Assembly: GCA_963770895.1 (NCBI GenBank)
Contig: CAVYRF010000002.1
Span: 4,352,001-4,416,000, forward strand
DNA: 64,000 bases
Direction: 5' to 3'
Source of the DNA: an uncultured Acidobacteriota bacterium
Lineage (GTDB): Bacteria; Acidobacteriota; Thermoanaerobaculia; Multivoradales; UBA5704
In this document: positions 19,343 through 29,084 of the stretch, piece by piece
Layout of the letters: each line of letters opens with the position of its first letter
Position numbering within the stretch: the stretch's first letter is position 1
Notes under the pieces: model-generated
Seen by the model: only the letters and a program-made list of their open reading frames with translations
Told to the model about the DNA's origin: nothing
Databases searched by the model: none
Made by a program: the position numbers and the translations under genes

Positions 19343-20272
19343 CTACTGCGCCTGTTGCACCTGCTGCGCCGCCTGCACCTGCTGCGTCTGCTGCGCCGCC
19401 TGCGCCTGCTCTGCCGCCTGCCAATGTGCGCGCAGCTCCTGGTTGAGCTCCACCCAGCGCTCTTCGGGAAAGAACACTCTGGCGCCGTCAAGCTCGACGC
19501 GGCGCCGGGTGCCGGGGATGGCGTCGGCGAGCCAGTGCGACCATTTCAGGTCGAAGTACACGTCGTCCGTGCCCCAGACGATCAGCGTCGGCGCCTGCAG
19601 CGTCCTGAGCCGCGCTTCGATGGCGAGGGTGTGCTGGTTGTCGAAAGCTGCCAGGAAGCGTTGCAGGTCGCGCGTGCGCTGCTCGGTGTCGACCAGCGGA
19701 CGCAGGTAGGTTTCGATGCTGTCGTCGCTCAACCGTTCCGGGTGCTCGTACGCCGGTCCGAGCGCCTGCGGCGATCGATAGACGGTCTTGTCCGCCAACA
19801 TCGCCTCCAGCGTGCCGCGCAGGCCGCCCGCGGCAGCCATCGTCAGAAAGGGCTTGAACGCCTCGGGCGGCCAGTTGTCGTGGGTGTCGCAGTCGGTGAG
19901 CGTCAGGCTGCGGACGCGCTCCGGATAGGACGCGGCGAAGATCTGGGCGATACCGCCGCCGCTGTCGTTGCCAACCAGGTCCACCTGGTCGATCTGCAAG
20001 GCATCCAGAAACTCCCGGAGCATCCGCGCATTGGCCGTCACCGACACGTCCTGGTCCGGCGCGATCTCGGTACGCCCATGCGCCAGCAGGTCCACGGCGA
20101 TGCAGCGCCGGACGTCCGACACGTCCGCCAGCTGGTGACGCCACAGGTGCCCGTTGAGCAGCACGCCGTGCACGAACAGTGCAACCGGTCCGCTGCCTTG
20201 CTCCACGTAGCCGATCCTGCCCGACGCGGTGTGCACGCTGCGGCGAGCCGGCAAAGAATTGTTTGCGTTCAT
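19343..20272 (-). CDS. Alpha/beta hydrolase with Gln/Ala-rich tail
   Basis: FVHGVLLN, GNDSGG nucleophile elbow, IVWGTDD. Confidence 0.9.
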   Translation of the reverse strand: MNANNSLPARRSVHTASGRIGYVEQGSGPVALFVHGVLLNGHLWRHQLADVSDVRRCIAVDLLAHGRTEIAPDQDVSVTANARMLREFLDALQIDQVDLVGNDSGGGIAQIFAASYPERVRSLTLTDCDTHDNWPPEAFKPFLTMAAAGGLRGTLEAMLADKTVYRSPQALGPAYEHPERLSDDSIETYLRPLVDTEQRTRDLQRFLAAFDNQHTLAIEARLRTLQAPTLIVWGTDDVYFDLKWSHWLADAIPGTRRRVELDGARVFFPEERWVELNQELRAHWQAAEQAQAAQQTQQVQAAQQVQQAQ

Positions 20273-20433
20273 GAATCAGCCCTTCCTGTCGCCGTCGCGG
20301 CAACGTGCGCTTCCTGCAGCCGCTGTGCGCATTCCTCACAGCACACCTCGACCGTATTGCCGCCGATCCTGACCTTGATGGGATTGCCATCCAGCTCGCA
20401 GTCGCAAGCCGCACACGTTCTCGTCTCGACCAT
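20269..20433 (-). CDS. 54-aa TRASH/YHS-like metal-binding protein (not in ORF track)
   Basis: Translated by hand: MVETRTCAACDCELDGNPIKVRIGGNTVEVCCEECAQRLQEAHVAATATGRADS; AGGAG RBS; ATGA overlap with the hydrolase. Confidence 0.85.
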   Translation of the reverse strand: MVETRTCAACDCELDGNPIKVRIGGNTVEVCCEECAQRLQEAHVAATATGRADS

Positions 20434-20527
20434 GACCTTGCTCTCCTGGTAAACCCGGCGTCCGGGTAGGAGCAGTAGGCCACGCGGCGAGAGACCGCCG
20501 CTATCAGATTCTTTAGCGACCTGTCAG

Positions 20528-20614
20528 CTCAGGGTCCCTGCTCAGGCTCCCTGCTCAGGCTCTTTGCTCAGGCTCTTTTGCCCAGGCTCTTTTGCCCAGG
20601 CTCTTGGGCTCAGG
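20528..20614. repeat. 13-14-bp tandem repeat c(t/c)caggctc(c/t)n-g
   Basis: About six units plus a partial, between araC stop and the TRASH gene. Confidence 0.8.
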
Positions 20615-20635
20615 ATCATTTGCCCTGCTCGGGGT

Positions 20636-21466
20636 CTAGCGATGCAGCGCTGCCTGCCGGAACTCCGAAGGCGAGCGGCCGTAAACCTTGCGGAAGGCGG
20701 CGCTGAAGTGGCTGTGACTGGAAAAGCCCAGGTCCAGGCTCAGGCTGGTGAGGTCGTCGACCTGCGCCAGAAGGTCGAGCGCCAGCGCCAGGCGGAGCCG
20801 CAGCTGATAGCGATACAGGGGCACGCCTTCCACCTGCTGGAAGATCTGGGTGAGATAGATCGGCGAGGTGCGCACCTCCGCGGCGATGTCGGCCAGCGTC
20901 CAGCGCCGCGCCAGGTCGCCGGTCAGCACCAGTTTGGCGCGGTCCACCAGCCGCTGGCAGCCGGCGCTGGCGCCCGCCGCGTGGGTGGTGCGCGGCCCTT
21001 GCGCCCGCTGCACCAGGGTCAACGCCAGGCTCTCCGCTTCCAGCGGTTCCGCCACGTTCTGGCGCAGGCTGTGCCGCAGCAGCGCCACCAGCGCCTGCGC
21101 GCGCGGGTCGATGCGCAGGCGCTGCTGCCTGAAAGCCAGCGCGGCGCCGTCGCGCAGCAGCGCCCGAGGCGCCAGCTCCCGCTGCAGAGCTTCGCTGATC
21201 GTCACCGTCAGGCAGGCGTCGCCGCCCGCCACGGGGTGGCTGACCCGGTACCCTTCGGCGGCGTTGAAAAACAGCACCTGGTTTGCTTCGGCGACGGCCT
21301 GGTCGCTCCCCAGGTGCCGCACGTAGACGCCGCGGTACGGAAACACCAGCTGCGTGGCCGTGGCGCACTCCTCCGCACCGTGGCCGCGGCAGCTGCCCCG
21401 GCAGCACACGTCCCGGATGGTGACCGTGGGAGTCGTCAGCAGGGTCTGAACGGCAAACTCAGACAT
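20636..21466 (-). CDS. AraC family transcriptional regulator
   Basis: WTLADIAAEV, LGFSSHSHFSAAFRKVYGRSPSEFR; start taken at MSEFAVQ. Confidence 0.93.
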   Translation of the reverse strand: MSEFAVQTLLTTPTVTIRDVCCRGSCRGHGAEECATATQLVFPYRGVYVRHLGSDQAVAEANQVLFFNAAEGYRVSHPVAGGDACLTVTISEALQRELAPRALLRDGAALAFRQQRLRIDPRAQALVALLRHSLRQNVAEPLEAESLALTLVQRAQGPRTTHAAGASAGCQRLVDRAKLVLTGDLARRWTLADIAAEVRTSPIYLTQIFQQVEGVPLYRYQLRLRLALALDLLAQVDDLTSLSLDLGFSSHSHFSAAFRKVYGRSPSEFRQAALHR

Positions 21467-21574
21467 GGCTTGTGGAGGAGGGCCTGGGCGCAACACCCGC
21501 AAAGCAACGCTCGCGCCCGGCGGGCTCAGTATCAGTATATGCGGTCGCGCCGGGCGCCCGGGAGATCTCGCCGC

Positions 21575-21668
21575 GGGGCCGTCGGGGTCGCCGGGGTCTT
21601 CGGGGCGGTCGGGGCAGTTGGGGTCTTCGGGGCAGTTGGGGTCTTCGGGGCCGTTGGGCCGTCGGGGT
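21575..21668 (+). repeat. 9-bp GGGG-N5 tandem repeat in divergent intergenic region
   Basis: ggggccgtc ggggtcgcc ggggtcttc ggggcggtc ggggcagtt ... about 11 G-tracts. Confidence 0.8.
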
Positions 21669-21718
21669 GGCGGCCGCCGGTGACAGCCGGCGCTGGAAAG
21701 CGATAGCATCAGCGCTCA

Positions 21719-23836
21719 ATGACCAAAACGCGACGCAGCTTCTGCGGCGGCAGGGTCTGCCTGGCCGCTTTGGTGTTTGCCGGTGCGCTGGGCGCGGCGG
21801 GGCGGGCGGACGACCTGCCGCACGACCGCAACGACTGGATCGAGGCGCGGACTGCCAACTTCCTGATCTGGAGCGACGCAGGCGAGCGGCACACGCGGGA
21901 GTACGCGGCCGACCTCGAGCAGCTGCGGGCGGCGCTGGCGCAGCTCGATCCGGGGCTGGGAGCGGCGGCGCCGGTGCCGACCTACCTGTACGTGTTCAAG
22001 AACCGGTTTGCGCTGGCGCCCTATCTGCCCCTCTTCCAGGGCAAGCGCGAGGAGCTGGCGGGGTACTTCGAGCCGCGGCCCACGGCGAACTACATGGTGA
22101 TGGACGGCGATGCGCGCGGTCCGGGGGCGCAGATCGTCTACCACGAGTACCTGCACTTCCTGCTGCACAGCCGCTACGCGCACCTGCCGCTGTGGCTGGA
22201 CGAAGGTCTCGCGGAATACTTCAGCAGCTTTCACATCGCCGAGGGGGAGGCGCGGCTGGGCCTGCCGATCGAAGAGCACATTCGCTGGCTGCGGCAGAAC
22301 ACCCTGCTGCCGCTGCCGCAGCTGGTGGCGATCGACCAGCATTCCAAGGACTACCACGAGGGCATCCACCAGGGGGTCTTCTACGCCGAGTCGTGGGCGT
22401 TGACCCACTACCTGATGGTCGGCAAACCCGAGCGGCGGAGCCAGCTGGCGCAGATGATGAAGCTGATCGAGGCCGGCACGCCGCAGGACAAGGCGTTCGC
22501 CCAGGCCTTCGGCGACGTCGCGAGCCTGGACCAGGAGCTGCGGGTCTACGTCAACCACCACGTGTTCAACTTCGAGCGGATGCCGCTCAAGGGTGCGGCG
22601 GACGACGGCGTGACGGTCAAGCCGCTGCCGCCGGCCCAGGTGCTCTACCACCTGGGCGACCTGCTGCTGGGCCTTGAGGGTCAAGAGCCGGCCGCGGCAG
22701 CCCACTTTCGCGCCGCGCTGGCGGCCGATCCGCAGAGCGCCCTGGCCGCGGCCGGCCTGGGCCAGGTGGAGGACGCGGCACACCGCTGGCCGCAGGCGCT
22801 GGCGGATTATGAGAAGGCGGTCGCTCTGCTGAGCCCGGCGCCGGGGGCGGCGGGCGGGACCGGCCCCGCGGAGGCGGCGTTCCTGCACTACCTGCTCGGC
22901 AGGAGCCTGCTCAACCAGGCCAGCCAGGACGTGGCGCCGGCAGCCGGCGCTTCCGGCGACGGCGCCGCGGGCGACGGCGCGCCCGGCGGTCGGGACCACG
23001 AGGGCGTGCGCGCCGCAAGCGAGCTGGCGGCCGCCACCCAGCTGGCGCCGGATTTCGGCGAAGCCTGGGCGCAGCTCGGCCTGGCGCGCCTCGCGATGAA
23101 GCCGCCGTCGCCGGACGCGGTGGCCGCCCTGGCCACGGCCCACCGGCTGCTGCCGTCGCGCTACGACGTCGCGCTCAACCTGGCGGCGGCGTACGCCAAC
23201 GCCGGCGAGCGCCCCAAGGCCGAAGCGATGGTCGAGCGGGCGCGTCTGGCGGGCGCCCCGCCGCAGGACATCGCACAGGCACGCAGGAACCTGCTGCTTG
23301 CCGACTACAACGCCGCCGCCAAGCGAGCCAACGCCGGCGACCTCGCCGGCGCGATCGTCATCCTGCAGCGGCTCGCCGCCACCACCGGCGCCGGCGCCGG
23401 TTCGGGGGGGGCCGGCGGCGGCGACGACGGCTTCCACCGCCAGGTGACGGAGCGGCTCGACCGCCTGCGCCAGGCGGCCTCCCGCAAGACGTATGGGGAT
23501 GCCTACAACCATGCGGTCGAGCTGGCCAACCACGGCGACCTCAAGGGTGCCGCGGCGCAGCTCGAAGCCCTGCTCGCCGGCCTGCCTGCAAACGGCGCCA
23601 CGCCCGCGGCCCCCACCGCTCCCGGTGCCGTCCCAGCCGCCAGCGCCGCCGGCGTCGCGCCCGTGGCCCCCACCGCGCCCGGCGCGCCCGCCGCCGCCAG
23701 AGCCGCCGGCGCCGTGCCCGCGGATGCCGTCGTTCCAGCCGGCGCCGCCGCCATGCCTGTGCCCGACGACATCGCCGACATGGCGCGGCAGATGCTCGCC
23801 AAGGTGAAGGCCGCAGCGGCCCGCCGCAAGCCCTGA
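21719..23836 (+). CDS. Secreted DUF1570/peptidase MA-like protein with TPR region
   Basis: Signal peptide; HEYLH...WLDEGLAEYF zincin motif; FYAESWALTHYL; TPR-like helices. Confidence 0.82.
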   Translation: MTKTRRSFCGGRVCLAALVFAGALGAAGRADDLPHDRNDWIEARTANFLIWSDAGERHTREYAADLEQLRAALAQLDPGLGAAAPVPTYLYVFKNRFALAPYLPLFQGKREELAGYFEPRPTANYMVMDGDARGPGAQIVYHEYLHFLLHSRYAHLPLWLDEGLAEYFSSFHIAEGEARLGLPIEEHIRWLRQNTLLPLPQLVAIDQHSKDYHEGIHQGVFYAESWALTHYLMVGKPERRSQLAQMMKLIEAGTPQDKAFAQAFGDVASLDQELRVYVNHHVFNFERMPLKGAADDGVTVKPLPPAQVLYHLGDLLLGLEGQEPAAAAHFRAALAADPQSALAAAGLGQVEDAAHRWPQALADYEKAVALLSPAPGAAGGTGPAEAAFLHYLLGRSLLNQASQDVAPAAGASGDGAAGDGAPGGRDHEGVRAASELAAATQLAPDFGEAWAQLGLARLAMKPPSPDAVAALATAHRLLPSRYDVALNLAAAYANAGERPKAEAMVERARLAGAPPQDIAQARRNLLLADYNAAAKRANAGDLAGAIVILQRLAATTGAGAGSGGAGGGDDGFHRQVTERLDRLRQAASRKTYGDAYNHAVELANHGDLKGAAAQLEALLAGLPANGATPAAPTAPGAVPAASAAGVAPVAPTAPGAPAAARAAGAVPADAVVPAGAAAMPVPDDIADMARQMLAKVKAAAARRKP

Positions 23837-23944
23837 GCGCACGTTTTGCGTCGCCGCCGGGCGGCCACCGGCCGCTGCCGCGCGAGCCGTGGGCGGCGCC
23901 GCCGGCCACCCTGCCGAGCGAACGGCTGGCTGGCGGACGGCCGG

Positions 23945-26398
23945 TCAGTTGAGGCGGAAGAGTGCCGACGGGTTGGCGCGCGCCGCCTTGTAGGCGGGGC
24001 GCAGGATCGCCGGCAGGGTGAACAGTGCGATCAGGCAGGCGCCGGTCAGAAAGACCAGCGGATCGTAGGGGTTCACCTGGAACAGGATGCTTTCCATGGC
24101 GCGCGCCAGGCCGAGCGCGCAGGCCAGGCCGGCGATCACCCCCAGGGCGAGCAGCGTCAACCCCTGGCGGACGTAGTGGCGCAGGATCTGCGGCTGGTCG
24201 GCCCCCACCGCCATGCGGATGCCGATTTCGAAGCCCTGCTGGCGCACGGTGTAGAGCAGCACCGAGTAGATGCCGACGATCGCCAGCAGCAGCGCCGAGG
24301 CGGCGAAGAACATCAGCAGGAAAGTGTTCAGGCGGATGCCCGCCTCTTCTTCGCGGCGCAGCTGGACCATCGTCTTGACGTCGAACACCGGGATGTCGGG
24401 GTCGATCGGCTGCATGATCTGGTCGAGCGCCAGCCGCGTCGCCGCGCTGTCGCGGCGCAGGCGCAGCAGGATCGAGGCCGTGCGCGAACGCACCTGCAGG
24501 AGCGGCAGGTACATGTCGCGCTTGAAGTCGTGGTCGGCCTGGATGCGGCCGTGCTGGTCGACGTCGGCGACGACTCCCACCACGCGCACCCAGCGGTTGT
24601 GCGGCGGCCCCAGCCAGAACCGCTTGCCCAGCGGGTCCTGCGCCGGCCACAGGGCGCCCGCGGCGGAGCGGCTGAGCACCGCCACGCGGTCGGTGTGGGC
24701 GTCGTCCTGGGCGGTGAAATCGCGCCCGCGCAGCAGGGCGAAGCCCATGCTGGAAAGCAGGCCGGGGCTGGTGCGGTGTTCGTACACCTTGAACTTTTCC
24801 TCCGGCACGTCGAGCGGCCGCCCCTCCGGCACGATGAACTGGTAGTAGAGGCCGTAGCCGAGCATGCCGGGGGCCCAGATCCCGGCGTCCGCCACGTCGG
24901 GCAGCGACTTGGCCTGCTGGATCACCCGCCGGTACAGCTGGTAGACCGGCTCGTCGGTCTGGTAGCGCGCCGGCGGCAGCTCGAAGCGCGCGGTCAGCAC
25001 GCCGTCGACGCGGAAGCCGGGGTTGCTGTCGATCAGCGCCAGCAGGCTCTTGATCATCAGCCCGGTGCCGATCAGCAGCACGACGGAAAAAAAGATCGCC
25101 GACACGCCCAGCAGGCTGCGGGTGAAGACCGTGCTGGCCGAGGCGGTGTGCCCCTTGCCCAGCGATTGCAGCTCTTCCTGCAGGTCGACCTGCATGCTCT
25201 TGCGCGCCGGGATGACGCCGATCAGCAGGCTGATCAGGATCGCCAGCGCCACCGCCACGGCCAGCGCGCGCAGGTCGACGCTGAAGTGGACGAAGCCCGG
25301 CAGGTTGTAGGCGGCGGCGCCAAACTTGCTGAGCGCCGAAACCGCCGCAAAGGCCGCCGCGACGCCCAGCGCGGCGCCGCCGGCGCAGAGCAGGGCGCCT
25401 TCCAGGATGAACAGGCGCACCAGGCGCACCTGGCTCACCCCCAGCGCCAGGCGCAGGGCGACCTCCTTGCGCCGCTCGACGGCGCGGATCAGCAGCAGGT
25501 TGGTGACGTTGGCGCAGCCGACGAGCAGCAGCAGGACCGAGCCGATCAGCAGGGTGAGCAGCGACACGCGCATGCTGTCGAAGTCGAACTGCAGCGTGCG
25601 CAGCGGCTGCACGACCAGGGTGTAGCCCTTGTTGCTGGCCGGGAAGGCCAGCGCCAGCTGGCGGCAGACGCCGGCCATGTCGGTCTGCGCCTGCGCCAGG
25701 GTCACCCCCGGCCGCAGGCGCGCGATCACGTCCAGCCAGCGCACCGCGCGGTCGTCGACGTAGCCCGGCCGCTGCGCCAGCCGGGCGACGGTGACCGGCA
25801 CGTACAGGTCGACGTCGGGGTAGATGTCTTCGAAACCGCGCGGCAGCACGCCCACCACCTGCAGCGTGAGCCCCTGCAGCCGCACCGCCTTGCCGATGAT
25901 GGCGGGATCGCCGCCGAAGCGGCGCTGCCACAGGCCGTGGCGCAGCACCGCCACCAGGATGGGGCTGGCGCGGTTTTCGTCGGCCGCGTCAAAGGTGCGC
26001 CCGAACAACGCGCGCACTCCCAGCAGGTCGAAATAGGACGCCGATACGAACGCCGCGCCGACCCGTTCGGCGCGGTTGTCGGCCGACAGGTTGAACTGCA
26101 TGCCGATCGAGGTGGTGGAGAGCTGCTCCAGGGTGCGGCTGCGCTCGCGCCAGGACTCGACGTCCAGCCACGACGACGAAAAGGTCGAGCCGTCGCGCTC
26201 CACCTTCATGCGCACTCCCACCAGCCGGTCGCCGTCGCGGTAGGGGAGCCTGGCCAGCAGCGCCGAGCTGACGACGCTGAAAATCGTCGTGGTCGAGCCG
26301 ATGCCCAGGGCCAGGATCAGCAGCACGGCAAGCGACAGGCCGGGGCGGCGGCCGAGAGCCCGCAGCGCATGACGCACGTCGTAGAGGAGCATGCCCAT
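23945..26398 (-). CDS. ABC permease, ADOP (duplicated MacB/FtsX) family
   Basis: LALGIGSTTTIFSVV, LLVGCANVTNLLL, EVALRLALG, EIGIRMAVGA; two MacB-FtsX halves; no adjacent ATPase. Confidence 0.92.
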   Translation of the reverse strand: MGMLLYDVRHALRALGRRPGLSLAVLLILALGIGSTTTIFSVVSSALLARLPYRDGDRLVGVRMKVERDGSTFSSSWLDVESWRERSRTLEQLSTTSIGMQFNLSADNRAERVGAAFVSASYFDLLGVRALFGRTFDAADENRASPILVAVLRHGLWQRRFGGDPAIIGKAVRLQGLTLQVVGVLPRGFEDIYPDVDLYVPVTVARLAQRPGYVDDRAVRWLDVIARLRPGVTLAQAQTDMAGVCRQLALAFPASNKGYTLVVQPLRTLQFDFDSMRVSLLTLLIGSVLLLLVGCANVTNLLLIRAVERRKEVALRLALGVSQVRLVRLFILEGALLCAGGAALGVAAAFAAVSALSKFGAAAYNLPGFVHFSVDLRALAVAVALAILISLLIGVIPARKSMQVDLQEELQSLGKGHTASASTVFTRSLLGVSAIFFSVVLLIGTGLMIKSLLALIDSNPGFRVDGVLTARFELPPARYQTDEPVYQLYRRVIQQAKSLPDVADAGIWAPGMLGYGLYYQFIVPEGRPLDVPEEKFKVYEHRTSPGLLSSMGFALLRGRDFTAQDDAHTDRVAVLSRSAAGALWPAQDPLGKRFWLGPPHNRWVRVVGVVADVDQHGRIQADHDFKRDMYLPLLQVRSRTASILLRLRRDSAATRLALDQIMQPIDPDIPVFDVKTMVQLRREEEAGIRLNTFLLMFFAASALLLAIVGIYSVLLYTVRQQGFEIGIRMAVGADQPQILRHYVRQGLTLLALGVIAGLACALGLARAMESILFQVNPYDPLVFLTGACLIALFTLPAILRPAYKAARANPSALFRLN

Positions 26399-26710
26399 GG
26401 TTCAAGAAGGCCTATGCCGTGAAGGTTGCAATTTCAGCTCGCCCGGCGCCCACGCAGCACGGCGACGCGCAGGCTCGCCGGGTTCCGGCGCCGGCCTAGC
26501 GTACCACCGCGCCAGCGTGGAGACGCCGGCTGCGGCCCTGGCCGAACAGGGTCCTGGGGGCGGCGCCGTGCGGCCCGCGTGCAGCCCGTAGCGCGGCGCC
26601 TGCGGGAGTCCGGCCCGCGCGGCGGAGGGCCCCCGGGCGGGCCGCGGTCGCGGAGCCCGGGGGCGGCGGCCGGCTGGGAGCCGGCCGGTGGAGCGGCGGG
26701 ATGCGGCCGC

Positions 26711-27355
26711 TCAGGGGTCGAGGCGGATGCGGAAGTCGGAGCGGTTCCCCCACGTCGGCACGAAGTTGCAGGGCACCGGACCCACCATCGGATTGACCAT
26801 CCACGACAGGATGGCGCGGGCCGGCAGCGCCTGGCCGGTGTACTGCTGGTCCATCAGCGTGGCGTTCGACTGGATCACCGCGGCAAAGTCCCAGTTGGGC
26901 GCCAGGGTGGAGTCGTAGACGTGGAAGCCGTTGACGTTGATCGGCACCAGTCCGGCGCCGAAGTCGACGCAGAGGAGCACGAACTCCCAGCTGCCCGAGG
27001 CCGCGCAGATCATGCCGCCGAAACCGGTCGGCTGCCGGATCTGGATGGGACAGGTGGCCTCCTTGCGCTGGGGGTTGTAGCCGCAGGCTTCGATCGCCTC
27101 GAAGCTGGTGTTGCTCCCGCCGGGGTTTGTGATGCTCTGGTTGTACGGCGCGCTCAGCTCGGCGCCGCTGATCGGCGACAGCAGGCAGCTCGCCATGGTT
27201 TCCGAGATCTGGTCGGTCGGTTCACCGCTTTCCACCGCGGCCTCGATGTTGGCGCGGTTCTGCGGGCAGGTCGCGGTCGTGGCGCGCGCCGCGAGCGGGG
27301 CGAGCAGACCGAGTGCGAGGAGCGCCAGCACGGCGCCAGGAGAGGATCGGGACAT
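26711..27355 (-). CDS. Secreted Cys-containing hypothetical protein
   Basis: AAAGGAGA RBS, signal peptide, coding-like codon use. Confidence 0.78.
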   Translation of the reverse strand: MSRSSPGAVLALLALGLLAPLAARATTATCPQNRANIEAAVESGEPTDQISETMASCLLSPISGAELSAPYNQSITNPGGSNTSFEAIEACGYNPQRKEATCPIQIRQPTGFGGMICAASGSWEFVLLCVDFGAGLVPINVNGFHVYDSTLAPNWDFAAVIQSNATLMDQQYTGQALPARAILSWMVNPMVGPVPCNFVPTWGNRSDFRIRLDP

Positions 27356-27815
27356 ACAAGTCTCCTTTCATTTGACAAATCAACAAAGACAGCATGATAG
27401 TGAATAAAGAAATCGTCTATGTCAATATGTCGCTGAGCTCACGGAGCGATCCCGGCCTGAACGACGGCGGAGCCGGCAAGATCGTGCTGCCGCGGCGCTG
27501 CGGTAGGGGGGTATGGAACAATACCCAGGAGAGGCTTTTGCAGCGTGCAAGAAATCGATCGCTGGTGGTGAAAAGTCCGCCCAGCACGGAATTTTTCAAC
27601 AGCGCAATGCGGATACTTTCCCAGCGTCGCGCCCGTTAGTGCCCTGACCACTCAGACCGTTGGGTTTTGATCGCCCGTCAGGGTTAGTAGGTCGATGTGC
27701 ATCTCGTCGCGAACCTGTATGCCTTGAGATCACTGCGGGCGACTCCATGGATGGGGGCGCAGCGCAGGGGTGCAAGCAGCGACAGCGGGCGGCGCCAGTG
27801 GGCCTGCGGGCCAGG

Positions 27816-28286
27816 TCACTTCGCCAGGGGCGGCGGCTCGGCGGCCAGCGCCATGCCGGCAGACGGTGCGGAATTGTGACTGATCACCTGTGGGCAGCGG
27901 CGGCAGGCGGCGGCGCCTTGCTCGCCGAACCAGCGGCAGGTGGGCCGTAGAGCGCACGCCGGCAGGCGATCGGCGACCGGCGGCAGCAGCTGCACCAGCC
28001 TGTCGCCCAAGGAGCACCGCGAGTCGGCGAAATGGCTGCAGGCGCCCTCCGCACAGCGGCCGCCAAAGCGGAAGATTGCGCCGGGATCGACCGTGCCGGA
28101 GAGAGCCAGCAGGTCGCCGGTCGGGCGGACCTGGCGTTGCAGATAACCCACCCGCGGCTGCTCCACGGTACCGGCGATGACGCCGAAGATGACCGCGCCA
28201 TCGCTGTCCGGGCGCGCGCTCGGGCAGGACAGCGGGCGTGAAGATGGTGAGTGCGCGTAGTCAATGTTGTTGGTCGTGTCGTCCAT
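27816..28286 (-). CDS. Cys-rich conserved hypothetical protein
   Basis: GGAGG RBS; CPSA...CAEGACSHF...C...CALRPTCRWF...CRRCPQV. Confidence 0.8.
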   Translation of the reverse strand: MDDTTNNIDYAHSPSSRPLSCPSARPDSDGAVIFGVIAGTVEQPRVGYLQRQVRPTGDLLALSGTVDPGAIFRFGGRCAEGACSHFADSRCSLGDRLVQLLPPVADRLPACALRPTCRWFGEQGAAACRRCPQVISHNSAPSAGMALAAEPPPLAK

Positions 28287-28417
28287 CGCTCGTCCCTCCG
28301 CGTGGCCAGGGCAGGCCGCGAGCCGAAGCCGCCGCCGCTCGCCGAGACCCTCGACGGCCGGCGGCGTGTTCACCGGTGGGGCCGGCTGCCCGCGCTGCCT
28401 TGCTACGCCAGGAATTT

Positions 28418-28585
28418 CTAGTGGCCGGTATCAGTGAAATTGGTAGCGGATGGCGCCGCCATTCGGCGGCGCGGGCCAGGCGCGCCGACACAGGCATAGT
28501 CGAACCTATGTCGAGGAGGCGCAACGCAGCCCCCGCCGTCGAGGGCAAGCCAGGCGCTGCCGATTTCTCTGATACAGGCCACTAG
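28418..28585. mobile_element. MITE-like element, family A copy 1
   Basis: Ends CTAGTGGCCGGTATCAG ... CTGATACAGGCCACTAG (16/17 inverted match); interior similar to 40197-40404. Confidence 0.85.
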
Positions 28586-28830
28586 CCTTCGGATGCCTCT
28601 TCGGCCGTTTGGACCTGGACGAAGGGGGAGGGAGGATGAATGATGATGCCAACCCAGATCGGAGGGTGATAGGGCCGCACGCCTCCGCCGCTGCCGGGCG
28701 CCTGCAGAGCGCCCCGCTGTGCGGCCCTGGTCGCGGCTTCGATCAGGTCCTCCAGGGTGATCCGCGAAGCTTCGGATCGCGGCGGCGGCAGGGGGAGCGT
28801 GGGGGAGTCTGGTTCCTCTCGCTGACTCAT
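28582..28830 (-). CDS. 82-aa hypothetical protein
   Basis: AAAGGAGA RBS; ITLEDLIEAATRAA helix and PIWVGIII motif. Confidence 0.72.
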   Translation of the reverse strand: MSQREEPDSPTLPLPPPRSEASRITLEDLIEAATRAAQRGALQAPGSGGGVRPYHPPIWVGIIIHPPSPFVQVQTAEEASEG

Positions 28831-29084
28831 GGGATTTCTCCTTTCATCTCTCGAAAGGCGTCCGGACGCCGCGCTGCGTTACACGCTGGGCGGAGACGAA
28901 AGGCGAAATCCGCTTTCCCCACCTGTCACCCCTGACCAGCCAGGCCGGTCCAGCGGTCGCAGCCTGCTACAATGCTTGTAAGCAATCAAGAGAGCCTTTT
29001 GCACCGGCGCCGGAAAGAGCACGATGCCCGCTCCGCGAGGCGCCCCGCTCCGCGATCTGCCACCTGCTACAGGGACTACCTCCA

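Noticed and set aside
20528-20614. Possible mini-CRISPR
   Set aside because: Units are too short and have no spacers.
27372-27425. TTGACA hexamers on both strands as sigma70 promoters
   Set aside because: No convincing -10 element at 16-18 bp spacing.
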